A stretch of 63,974 nt of DNA, the filler included, from Octopus bimaculoides (taxonomy: Eukaryota), in NCBI RefSeq assembly GCF_001194135.2. It is 6 parts of 5 records of this genome, joined end to end, with 100 filler letters (N's around TTAATTAATTAA, not from the genome) between each part and the next. Parts side by side here need not be neighbours in the genome. Positions count along the whole stretch, not along the records: positions 1 to 21,765 come from NC_068988.1; 5 more parts are not named here. One strand, 5' to 3'. This document shows, piece after piece, positions 1 to 11,603 of the stretch. Made by a program: the position numbers and the translations under genes. Positions within the stretch are counted from its first letter, which is position 1; every line of letters starts with the position of its first letter. A model generated the notes under the pieces. It was not told where the DNA came from. It was given only the letters and a program-made list of their open reading frames with translations, and did not search any database.

Positions 1-1340
1 TATGCACACATACCCCCACACACACAAGACACATGCATGCACTTACACGCTCAGATTCGTCCACACACTTATACAAACGCACATACACACGCACACTTGT
101 GCATACACACACACGCATACATACACTTACACACACACCTATGCGCACACACCCATGCACACATAACCCATATATACCCCCATTCACACATACCTCCCAC
201 ACACCTGACATAAACCGCCCACACACCTGACAACGCATGACAAACATACATGCGCGCTCACACACACATATAGACGAACGCACACATATATACACACATA
301 CACACGCACAGTGATACACACACCTACTCACACAGATACACACCCATATATACGTGCACACATAAACGCACACGCCTACACACAACTACATACACAGCCA
401 CATACATATACACACACAGGAGTGCATACACGCAATAAAATACACACGTCTTTACGCTCACATACACACAGACGCACGCACACACACATATACACACGGA
501 CATACACACACCTCTCACATACGCAACACACACTCACACAAACACGCATACAACTACACACACAAGGGCATAAATGACACACGCACATGCACGCACGTAC
601 ATAAGCAAACGCATGCACACACACACACACACACACATACACAGGAACGCTCATATACACAACATACACACACACGCACGCAAACATACACAATACACAC
701 ATACATACACATACGCGCACGTACAAAAATATGCACACACACGCATACAGACACATATATACACACGCGCACGCGCACACACGCGTACGCACATCTACAC
801 ACATACACACACCCACATACACATGCACACACACATATACATACGCACATGCACACACGCATACACATATGCACACGCATACACACACATACAAACACAC
901 ACGCACGCACAAAAACATACACAATATACACATACACACACGCACAAAAAATACACACACACGCACACACACATACAGACACACATACACGCACACACAC
1001 AAAATAACCCACGTGCGATCCACAGAGCAAACCGCACGCATATACACACACATATATAAACACATACACACACGCACGTACAAATACAGGCACACACTGC
1101 AAGAAAATCACACCCACACAACATACACATACACGCACACACACACTCAAATACTGCCTGCCCACTTTCTACTGACCATTGTCCACAACCACTCCCAAAT
1201 TATTCTTGCTACTAATTGCTGCCACAACGTTAAACGACACACACACACAAACACACACTAACAGATAAACAGCCAAACCACACACACACACACATACGTA
1301 CATACACGTTCTGTTATTACACACACACACACAGACCCGC
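1..1340 (+). repeat. Degenerate CA-rich low-complexity tract, probably the internal/3' spacer of a Penelope-like element
   Basis: Imperfect (CA)n/(CATA)n. It runs directly into the HHR-bearing terminus at ~1345-1633, the same layout as 10140-10975 and (reversed) 61508-62529. Confidence 0.8.
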
Positions 1341-1344
1341 GCAC

Positions 1345-1631
1345 ACGCACACATACTTACCTCCCTCTCTTGCACTCTCCTTCTTAGAAAGAACTTTTCC
1401 TCCACCCTTTCCCTTCCGGTCGTTCCACAATGTAACCTCGTGGATATCGTTGGCGATTTTTTCTTCCTCTGTCTTTCCCTTCTTTAGACTTTCTTTTGTT
1501 TCCGATGAAGAGCTCCGCTCGAAATGTCAAATTCTCTTTCTTTCCTTTCCCGGACGTCCAGTAACACAATCTGTATCACGTCCTCACGTTGTTTTTTGTT
1601 GTTGTTTTTTTTGTCTTTTTCCTTTTTTGAA

Positions 1632-1633
<2 letters not shown>
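1345..1633 (+). mobile_element. Penelope-like terminal repeat carrying a hammerhead motif, ending in (TA)n
   Basis: Reverse-complement homologue of 61508-61790 (shared GTAACCTCGTG, HHR, GACGTCC..ATCACGTCCTCAC, T-rich end). Followed by (TA)n from 1634. Confidence 0.7.
1497..1532 (+). ncRNA. Minimal type I hammerhead ribozyme motif (core variant CCGAUGA)
   Basis: GUUU-CCGAUGA-A-GAGC(UCC)GCUC-GAAAU-GUC-AAAU. Stem I UUU/AAA, 4-bp stem II. U4 is C and C15.2 is U. Confidence 0.65.
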
Positions 1634-1707
<74 letters not shown>

Positions 1708-1770
1708 CACATGTATGTATGTATGTATGTATGTATGTATGTATGTATGTATGTATGTATGTATGTATAT
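1634..1770. repeat. (TA)n plus (TATG)n microsatellite
   Basis: Directly visible simple repeats. Confidence 0.95.
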
Positions 1771-4455
1771 GCAGGGTGGCTAGGCAACAGGTTTTCATAG
1801 CAAAAGAAATAGCAGTAGGTAAGAAGTTTGCCAATGTTCTACACCATGAAGTGTTCAGGATTGCCAAACAGTGTATCAGAGAGAATGGAGATGTGGTAGG
1901 TGAAAAGTGTGTGCGAATGGATAATGGTATGCTTGTGTTTAGTGGCTCAACGAAGAAAGATGCATGGAGATGCCATTATGAAAGTTTATTAAATGTGGAG
2001 AATGATTGGAAGAATTTGAGTCATTCAAATATTGAACCAATTGAGGGACCAGCTATTAAAATTGATGACAGTATAATACATAAGGGCAATTAAGAATATA
2101 AAGACATGGAAAGCCCCTGGACCATCAGGTATCACTGCCAAGATGATTAAAATATCAGACAGTGTGGGATATGGCTTAGTCACTCGCATAATTAATCAAG
2201 TTGTTCAGGAAGGTGTCATCCCCAAAGACTGGTGCAGTAGTGTTATAATTAGCTGCTACAAAGGTAAAGGTGATACCTTAGATAGAAACAACTACAGAGA
2301 TACTAAGCTGCTGGACCAGGTCATGAAAATTACAGAGAGAGTTATATCTCAAGTGATTAGGGATAGAATTAGGCTACATGAGATGCAGTTTGGTTTTGTT
2401 CCAGGTAGAAGTACCACAGATTCCATCTTCATAGTGAAACAGTTGCAAGAAAAGTATCTGGCCAAAAGTAAACCATTGTACTTAGCCTTCGTTGACCTGG
2501 AAAAAGCTTTCAATGGGCTTCCCTGCTCTCTTATCTTGTGGTCTCTAGGGAAGCTAGGAGTAGAGGAGTGAATTGTTAGAGCAGTTCAAGATATGTACAG
2601 CAATGCTGTCAGTAAGGTAAGGGTTGGCCTTGAATACAGTGATGAATTTAGTGTACAAGTTGGAGTTCATCAGGGATCAGTTCTTAGTCCACTCTTATTC
2701 ATCATCATTCTCCAGTCCATAACAGAGAAATTCAAAACTGGATGCCCATGAAAACTACTATACGCTGATGATCTTGCTTTTATTTCAGAATCTGAAGCAG
2801 AATTGGAGAAGTTCTGGGTTTGATAGCAAAACCTGGAATCAAAGGGCCTTAAAGTTAACTTAGCAAAGACTAAAGTTGTTGCTAGCAAGAAAGCAGATAA
2901 GACTCTCCTTCTGTCAGGTAAATGGGCTTGCTCAATATGTAGGAAAGGAGTGGGACATAATTCCATTTGCTGCACCAAGTGTAAGCTATGGACACATAAG
3001 AGATGCAGTGGAATCATAGATAACAAATAAGGTCACTTTCATGTGTGGCAGATGCACTGGAACAATAAGCACTAAGAGCACTAAGGCTCTTGAGGTAGTA
3101 AATAGTTTCTGCTATTTAGGTGACCAAATTAGTAAAGCTGGTGGATGAAAGGCAGATTGTATGATGCTTGTGTGAGAACGACTATATTACGTGGTAGTGA
3201 GACATGGGTTATGACTGCAGAGGACATGCATAAACTGGAGAAGAATGAAGGTAGTATGCTCTGTTGGATTTGCAGTATCAGTGTGCATGGCTGACAAAAC
3301 ACAACTGTGTAAAGAGAAAAGTTAGGCATAATAAGAGGGATTAAATGTAGCGGACACATTAAGTGTATGTGTGAAGACAGTTGTATAAAGAAATGCCTGT
3401 CACTGAAAGTGGATGGTACCTGTGGAAGAGGGAAACCCAGGAAGACATGAGATGAAGTGGTGAGGACTGATCTTAGGATGTTGAGGCTCATGGAGGAAAT
3501 GACAATGGACCGAGATGTTTGGTGATATGAGGTTCTAAAGAAGACCTGTCCACATCAGCAAAACTGAGTGCTAAAAGAGTTGTGTCCTATTCACATGCCA
3601 CATGTAACAACATTTCACACACCTTTCTCCAAGAATCCGAACTACATGTCTTCCAAACAGCTTCTTTCTCTTCTTCACATTTCCTCTTCATAAACTATGA
3701 TTGTGTTCCAATCCCCTTTCTTGCCCTCAGTGCCTTCTACCTAAGTTTTGACCAATCACTGCAATCCCCACTCCCTACTTGTGCCTTCTTGGCAGCACCT
3801 GACCACGCATATTATGACCTTCATACCTCTCTTTTCTTCACTCTTCCATCACATCTGTGCTCTGATTCTTGTTACTTGTGAATATACCCTGGTGCTTCAC
3901 CATCTCTCTCCTGCTCTCTCTTACACTTTTGTTGTTTCCTACTCTCTGTCTCTCTTTCCTCTGGCTAGGTAGCCACATACCTCCTCTACAGCAGCACACC
4001 TATTTCTGCCCTCATTCATGGTTACTCTCTCTCTCTCTTTCCCTGGATAACCACATACCTTCTTTATAGCAAGACACCTATTTCTGCTTCCCTATTTCTC
4101 TGTCACACTCTAACCTTTCATCATCTAATACTCAATAACATCCTCCAATGCATCCTCTGTTATAGCAAGACACCTGTTCCTGCCTCTCTGTCTCTTTGTC
4201 ATACTCTAACCTTTCATCCTTTGACACAAATTCCCCTCCCCGAATGTGCCTGCCCCTCTCATAATTCCTTGTCTTGCAAGTTACTTGGTGACACCGAGTC
4301 CATCCTGCAGAGTAGTTGGTGTTAGGAAGGGCATCCAGCTGTAAAAACCCTACCAAAACAGAGTAACATAGGGTAGTTTTTCTACTTGACTGGATCCTGT
4401 AACCTGTCCTACCCATGCATGCATGGAAGATGAACATTAAACAATGATGATGATA
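1771..4455 (+). mobile_element. 5'-truncated, degenerate RTE-clade LINE (RT remnant, long CT-rich 3' UTR, (GAT)n tail)
   Basis: ORF 2143-2571 gives MQFGFVPGRSTTDSIF..YLAFVDLEKAF. YADD codons lie at ~2761. The frame has many stops. The conserved tail TTGGTGTTAGGAAGGGCATCCAGCTGT...AACAATGATGATGAT lies at 4318-4455. Confidence 0.9.
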
Positions 4456-5124
4456 TATACATATTTATTATACTGTAAAGTACTTTAATTTCATGAATTG
4501 GGACCAAGAGAAAAATTCGCAACACTTGTTAAACAGTAATCTTTCAAGTAGAATTATATGTTGACATAGTAAATGTTACATACAATCAGTGATGTGTTCC
4601 TATTCGCTGTTCGTGTTGAATTACTATGATACAATTCACTGACAGCATTGCTTACTGTGTTTAATTTCAGATATAATGATGCCAGGTTATGTAAACTTTC
4701 TAAATTTTCATAAAAGATTTCTATATTTTATAATCTATACATCCAAGACCATGTTTACCATGTGTGTCAATTGACATCTCTTTCATCATTGACTATATGC
4801 GTCAATTGACATCTGTAACTTGTGTGATTAATAGTAAAACATTTCAGTATAAATATAAGATAAATTTCAAGAAACATCAGAATTAGTTCTAACTCTGTAC
4901 TGATTATATTGCTGCAACATAATACAAGACTACTGTTCAACAATGTATCCCTGGTTGAAAACTGCTAATCCTACTGCAATGTTTAGTGAGCCCAATCAAG
5001 GCTCTTTTTTACCAAGTCCTAACTGCAAATTTAACAGAAGAACAATGACAAGTATGTGAAACAGCAAACAAAGAAATTCAGAAGACATTAGATAGAGACA
5101 GCAACAGTTTTATGTGGTCAGAAG

Positions 5125-5735
5125 TTTTACGTGTTCCTAGCACTTGTGCCGGTGGCATGTGAAAAGTCATTCGAACGAGATCATTGCCAGTGCTGCTGGA
5201 CTGGCTCCTGTGCAGGTGGCACGTAAAATACACCATTTTGAGTGTGGCTTTTGCCAGTACTGCCTGACTGGCCTTTGTGCCGGTGGCATGTAAAAGCACC
5301 CACTACACTCTCGGAATGGTTGGCATTAGGAAGGGCATCCAGCTGTAGAAACTCTGCCAAATCAGATTGGAGCCTGGTGTAGCCATCTGATTGACCAGTC
5401 TTCAGTCAAATCGTCCAACCCATGCTAGCATGGAAAGCGGACGTTAAACAATGANNNNNNNNNNCTGGCTCCTGTGCAGGTGGCACGTAAAATACACCAT
5501 TTTGAGTGTGGCTTTTGCCAGTACTGCCTGACTGGCCTTTGTGCCGGTGGCATGTAAAAGCACCCACTACACTCTCGGAATGGTTGGCATTAGGAAGGGC
5601 ATCCAGCTGTAGAAACTCTGCCAAATCAGATTGGAGCCTGGTGTAGCCATCTGATTGACCAGTCTTCAGTCAAATCGTCCAACCCATGCTAGCATGGAAA
5701 GCGGACGTTAAACAATGATGATGATGATGATGATA
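5125..5735 (+). mobile_element. RTE LINE 3' UTR/tail fragment (present twice across a 10-N gap)
   Basis: Same 3' end as 15650-15952, ending in (GAT)n. 5219-5454 is identical to the sequence starting at 5465. Confidence 0.85.
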
Positions 5736-5984
5736 TATGTATTAAATTCAAATTACGATGAAAGTAAACAAAGTTTGCTTTAGAAGCATTGAGATATCTA
5801 AAAAGTTAAGGAAGTAATTTTTATTCTCAAAACAGGATAATGCTAATATTATAGCATGAACAGGATAAACTACCCATATTTTGTAGAAATGTATATATGT
5901 ATATATGCATGCATATATGGATGTATTTATGTATGTATATATACATATATATATATGTATGTATATAAGGATGTATATATACAG

Positions 5985-6420
5985 AGCGTCAAATTGGTGG
6001 CAGAACTTCGGGCAATCTAACGCTACTACACAAAGAAACACATGAGCTACTGGGAGAGGCTACAATAACTGAAGCTCTACTCCCTGCAGCGATAGACATA
6101 TGAAAGATCCTGGAAGGTCTAGCTCCCAACCCTGCAATTCAAAGCTATACCAACCACTGAACTGGGTAGTATTGCATATACCATCTTCTTTGTCTCAGAT
6201 AAGGACTCAGTATTGCAGCAGCTTGGATTTTAAGGGGCCACAACTGTTTAACATCCTACGAAGGAACCTAGAGATCTGCAAGGTGTAGATATGGAAATGT
6301 TCAAAACGCACTTGGACAAATTTCAGTCTGAAATCCCAGATGAGCCCACATTGTGACAGGAGGCACAAAGAAGAGCAGCTTCGTCCAAATCGCTTCTTCA
6401 CCAAAAACAGTATTGAAAGG
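5985..6420 (+). mobile_element. CR1/L2-group LINE ORF2 C-terminal remnant
   Basis: Broken frames read MSYWERLQ*LKLYSLQR..KILEG and KGPQLFNIL..DLQGVDMEMFKTHLDKFQSEIPDEP, a post-RT C-terminus typical of CR1/L2-group LINEs (recognised from memory). Confidence 0.7.
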
Positions 6421-6739
6421 AGACCCCAAACAACTAAAAGGTGGTGCTCCAGCATGGTCCCAGCCACTGGCTGAAACCAGTGAAAGAATAAAAGAAAAAA
6501 GAAAAGAATATATATATATAAACTTACTGTTAACAAAAGTTGGGATACATGGTGTTCAGTTATTCCATAAATGAAAAATGCATTAAATACTACAAAATGC
6601 ACATGTAGGACAGACACCAGAACCCTAATATATATATGTATAACATCTGTAAAAAACACAAATCTGAAAGCACACTCTGAGATATAGAGCAGTATATATT
6701 TATATGTAGGGAAAGATAGAAACTTCATACGATGTACCT

Positions 6740-8049
6740 GGGTTAAGCTATGGACACATAAAAGGTGCAGCAATATCAAAGGAAGGTTAACCAGGAAGAT
6801 ACTTTTTGTGTGTGGCAGATGCACAGGGGCAATAAACACTGAAGATGTACAGAAAACAGATTCCATCACATGCCAGGGGGGAAAACTAGATGTAGTTGAT
6901 AGCTTTCGCTACCTAGGTGATCAAGTCTGTAGTGGGTTGGTTGCTCTGAGAGTTTAGCAGCTAGAATAAGAATAGCCTGGGCAAAGTTCAGGGAGCTCCC
7001 ACCTCTGCTGGCAACTAAGGACCTCTTGCTCAGGATGAAAGGTAGACTGTATGATGCATATGTGCAAACTGCCATGCTATACGGCAGTGAAATATGGGCC
7101 ATGACTGCTGAGGACATGCGTAGGCTTGAAAAAAATAAAGTAACTATGATCTGCTGGATGTGTAATGTCAGTGTGCATACACGACAGAGTGTGAGCGCTC
7201 TGAGAGAAAAGTTGGACATAAGAAGCATCAAATGTGATGTGCAAGAGAGACAACTGTGCTGGTATGGTCATGTGTTACATATGGATGAGGACAGCTGTGT
7301 GAGGAAGTGCCACAACCTAACTGTGAGTGGAACCCGTGGAAGAGGTAGACCCAGGAAGACATGGGATGAAGTAGTGAAGCGTGACCTTTGAACATTGGGC
7401 ATCACAGAGGCAATGACAGGTGACCAAGACCTTTGGAGATATGCTGTGATTGGGAAGGCCCAGCAACTAAAGTGAGATCACAGCCATGGACGATGTCAGT
7501 GTTGCATGTCCAGCCCATTTAAAAGTACCCTTGATGCATTGGGCAATAAGATATGCTTGAGAAGACCTGTTGAGTCAAGTAAAACCAAAACGTAGCTGTG
7601 GCCAGTGGCTCCTGACTGGCTCCCATCCTAGTGGCATGTAAAAAGCACCATTCGAGTATGGTCAATGCCAGGTTGGCCTGACTGGTTCCCATGCCAGTGG
7701 CACATAAAAAGCACAATCTGAACGTGATTGATGCCTGGGCTGCCTAACTTTCTCCCATGCTGGTAGCATGTAAAAAGCACCATCTGAACGTGGCCAATGC
7801 CAGTGCCCCTGACTGGCTCCCCTGCCAGTGGCATGTAAAAAGTGCTATCTGAACACAATCAATGCCAAGCCTGCCTGACTAATTCCTGTGCCAGTGGCAC
7901 ATAAAAATCACCTACTACACTCTCGGATTGGTTGGTGCATCCAGCTGTAGAAACATAGCCAGATCAGATTGGAGCCTGGTGCAGCTGCTGGCTTTCCAGA
8001 CCTCAGTCAAACCATCACCATGCCAGCATGGAAAACGGATGTTTAAACA

Positions 8050-8108
<59 letters not shown>
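6740..8108 (+). mobile_element. 5'-truncated RTE LINE with expanded 3' UTR subrepeats and long (GAT)n tail
   Basis: KLWTHKRCSNIKGRL at the start. ORF 7026-7391 (KGRLYDAYVQTAMLYGSE..RGRGRPRKTWDEVVKRDL). Five ~66-bp UTR units at 7598-7910. (GAT)n at ~8050-8108. Confidence 0.9.
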
Positions 8109-8109
<1 letters not shown>

Positions 8110-8127
8110 TATGTATGTATGTATGTA

Positions 8128-8179
<52 letters not shown>

Positions 8180-8183
<4 letters not shown>

Positions 8184-9392
8184 GTCATCTTATAAATAAT
8201 GTGGCTTTTTTCAATTGCATCAGCTTAAAGTAGGAGAGGGAAGGGATAAACTACCTGAATCAAATTGCTTCAAAAGCAGATAGTAATTTTATCTTAGTGC
8301 AAGTTTTGAAGAGGGCAGTTCAATTTTAACAGTTACTTTTTCAAAACTATAATGTCAGTGACAAAGGAGCATATTCAGCATATTTTGCTTTATGAGTTTA
8401 ATAAAGGCAACAGTGTAATGGAAAGTGTGAGGAATATTAATGCAGTATATGGGGACTGGACAATAAGTGTAAGCTAGTGTCAATGGTGGTTCCAGAAATC
8501 CTGAGCTGGAAACTACAGCCTAGAAGATGAGCCTCATCCTGGAGGATCTGTAGAGCTTGACGAGGACATCCTGCAAACCCTGGTGGAGCAAAATCCCATT
8601 GTAACTGTTAAGGACTAGAAGTGAAGCTTGGATTTTGTCAGTCAACCATTCATCGACACCTGCATACCATCAGAAAAGTCAGTAAATGGGTTCCTCAAAA
8701 ACTTTCCAAGTCTAATTGCACACAGAGAGTGAATGTGTGCTCTTCTTGCTGTCATGTCTCACAAATAAACCTTTTTTGGACCAAATAGTAACTGGTGATG
8801 AAAAATGAGTTCTCCATAAAAACATCAAGTGCCAAAGAGAGTGGGTAGGGAAAGGAGAAACACTGGCACTCCAAGCTAAAGGTCTTCACCCACGTAAAGT
8901 GTTGTTATCTGTTTGATGGGAAAGGTTTAATGCACTTTGAACTTTTAAACCCAAACCAAATGATCACAAAGGAGATCTACTGCAAGCAGCTTGAACGGCT
9001 TAAGTGAGCACTAGAAGAAAAATGACCATCTTTGGTTTCAAGATGAAAGGTGTTCTTCCATCAGGATAATGCTCAGCCACATACAGCAAGGATGACATTT
9101 CAAAGGCTGGAGCAGTTTGAATGGGAAACGATATCTCACTACCATATTCGCCGGACATGGCCACATCTGATTATCATTTATTCTGTAGTCTTCAGACTCA
9201 TTCGGATGGAAAAAATATGAATTCTGTAGATGAGGTCAGAGCAGTAATGGAAGATTATTTTTCATTATGTTCAAGTGAATTTTGGAAGAGGGGGCCTTGC
9301 AAGACTACCAGGTAGATGGAAGAGCATTGTAGAAAATGAAGGAGAGCATATTTTAGATTATAAAAGAAGTATTAAAAAATCACATTATTTAT
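8180..9392 (+). mobile_element. Degenerate mariner (DD34D) DNA transposon
   Basis: EHIQHILLYEFNKG at ~8370, WVPQKL ~8687, VTGDEK ~8787, HQDNAQPH ~9059, PYSPDMATSDYHLF ~9143. Left TIR TTGGGTCATCTTATAAATAATGTGG follows (TA)n. A partial right TIR (AAAAAATCACATTATTTAT) is cut by a SINE. Confidence 0.9.
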
Positions 9393-9715
9393 TTGTTTCA
9401 GTCATTTGACTGTGGCCATGCTGGTAGTCGAACAAATCAACTCCAGGACTTATTCTTTGTAAGCCTAGCACTTATTCTATCGATCTCTTTCGCCAAACTA
9501 AGATACACACCAACATCGGTTGTCAAGCTTTGGTGGGAGGGGGACAAACATACACACACGTATATACGATGGGCTACTTTCAGTTTCTGTCTACCAAATC
9601 CACTCACAAGGCTTTGTTTGGCCCAAGGCTAGTGTAGAAGACACTTGCTCAAGGTGCCACGCAGTGGGACTGAAACTGGAAGCATGTAGTTGGTAAGCAA
9701 GCTACTTACCACATA
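9393..9715 (-). mobile_element. tRNA-headed SINE family B (internal CA/TA microsatellite)
   Basis: Homologous to the + copy at 44233-44640, which has A-box TGGCTGTGTGG and B-box GGTTCAGTCC. Confidence 0.85.
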
Positions 9716-9759
9716 AGTAATAAAATGAAAGAAAATTTATATATATGTATATATATATA

Positions 9760-10975
9760 TTAATGTCATTTACTGCATCTCCTGCTCTCACTGTCCTTCC
9801 CTGTACATTGGTCAAATGGGATGCAGCTTGGCTGACCAGTTCACGGAGTACTTCCGGGACATCAGACTAGGCAATCACACCCTGGTCTCGTGCCATTTCC
9901 GCTTTACCAGTCATTCGCTACAACATCTGTCTGTGTTTCAACTATCTCTGCAAAGGGGCCACCCAGACTCCCACTTTTGCCGTGGACAGGAATTAATCAT
10001 CTCTCTTTGCTCCTTTGCACCACATGGGTTCAACTCACTTCCTGTCTTCATCTGACACCAACCTCACTACCTGTTTCCATTTGACACCAATCCCTCACAG
10101 ATTCCCACACCCTCCACCTACACACCTGCATACCACCGGCCTCAGTACCCTCACCAACAATAACCACTATACACACTGTTCAACTCATCACTCACTTAAC
10201 ACACCATTACACATATACCCATAACACCTTCCCACTCCAGACACTTCTAAGCATCCACACACATACACATACATACAATCTTCAATAGTGTCACCACATA
10301 CACAACTATATGAGCAGCCACACATTGTTTAACTCAGTACATACACCACACACCATGCACACTCTCACATCCACACACGCACATAATACCTGAACACAGA
10401 CAATATATACTTCCACACCCACACAAGTTCATAATACCTGAACACAGACAATATATGCATATACACACACACGGATAAACACACACAACACACATTGACA
10501 AAGATAACTTTCACCCACATACATACACTATACACATGCACACCATTTGGTCAGAGTGATACCAACACACGTGCACACACCATGTGTGTAGCAGTTGATG
10601 TGTGCTTTTTCACAACAGACACACACATATGCACGCACACACTCACATCAAACTCACTCTCCCCCATTCACACATACGCTTGCATACCTCCTTTTGTTGG
10701 GATCACCATGAATTATCTCCTCTTCATTGAACCTCTCTTTATTATTATCTCCCTTTCATTTAACCTCTTATTTCCAATCATTCACCGTGTTAGACTACTG
10801 AACTCACCACTTTAATTTCATTCTCTCTCTATTTCCTCTCAATCCTTTCTGTCAAAGAGTGTAGGCTCAAAATGTAAAAGACTTCCCCATTTTTCCTGAG
10901 TGTCAAACTAATACACTTGCTTGTTGTTCCTACACCTGTCTTCATCTTTGTTTTTTCCATACATTTGAACTATAT
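9760..10975 (+). mobile_element. 5'-truncated Penelope-like retroelement: GIY-YIG endonuclease remnant, CA-rich spacer, HHR terminus
   Basis: From 9760 it reads NVIYCISCSHCPSLYIGQMGCSLADQFTEYFRDIRLGNHTLVSCHF (GIY-YIG-type IY..YIG..R..EH pattern, decayed). CA-rich 10140-10690, degenerate HHR 10844-10881, (TA)n on both sides. Confidence 0.8.
10844..10881 (+). ncRNA. Degenerate hammerhead motif (probably inactive)
   Basis: CCUUU-CUGUCAA-A-GAGU(GUAG)GCUC-AAAAU-GUA-AAAGA aligns to the cleaner copy at 51244-51280. G8 and G12 are mutated. Confidence 0.5.
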
Positions 10976-11603
10976 ATATATNNNNNNNNNNNNNNNNNNN
11001 NNNNNNNNNNNNNNNNNNNNNNNNNNNNNNNNNNNNNNNNNNNNNNNNNNNNNNNNNNNNNNNNNNNNNNNNNNNNNNNNNNNNNNNNNNNNNNNNNNNN
11101 NNNNNNNNNNNNNNNNNNNNNNNNNNNNNNNNNNNNNNNNNNNNNNNNNNNNNNNNNNNNNNNNNNNNNNNNNNNNNNNNNNNNNNNNNNNNNNNNNNNN
11201 NNNNNNNNNNNNNNNNNNNNNNNNNNNNNNNNNNNNNNNNNNNNNNNNNNNNNNNNNNNNNNNNNNNNNNNNNNNNNNNNNNNNNNNNNNNNNNNNNNNN
11301 NNNNNNNNNNNNNNNNNNNNNNNNNNNNNNNNNNNNNNNNNNNNNNNNNNNNNNNNNNNNNNNNNNNNNNNNNNNNNNNNNNNNNNNNNNNNNNNNNNNN
11401 NNNNNNNNNNNNNNNNNNNNNNNNNNNNNNNNNNNNNNNNNNNNNNNNNNNNNNNNNNNNNNNNNNNNNNNNNNNNNNNNNNNNNNNNNNNNNNNNNNNN
11501 NNNNNNNNNNNNNNNNNNNNNNNNNNNNNNNNNNNNNNNNNNNNNNNNNNNNNNNNNNNNNNNNNNNNNNNNNNNNNNNNNNNNNNNNNNNNNNNNNNNN
11601 NNN

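Noticed and set aside
33-1261. Long His/Thr and Cys/Val ORFs (also 60424-60949, 61750-62487)
   Set aside because: Translations of CA/TG/TA microsatellites, which lack stop codons by composition.
5219-5714. Apparent exact tandem duplication of an RTE tail
   Set aside because: The copies are identical and separated only by a 10-N gap. Most likely unmerged overlapping contig ends.
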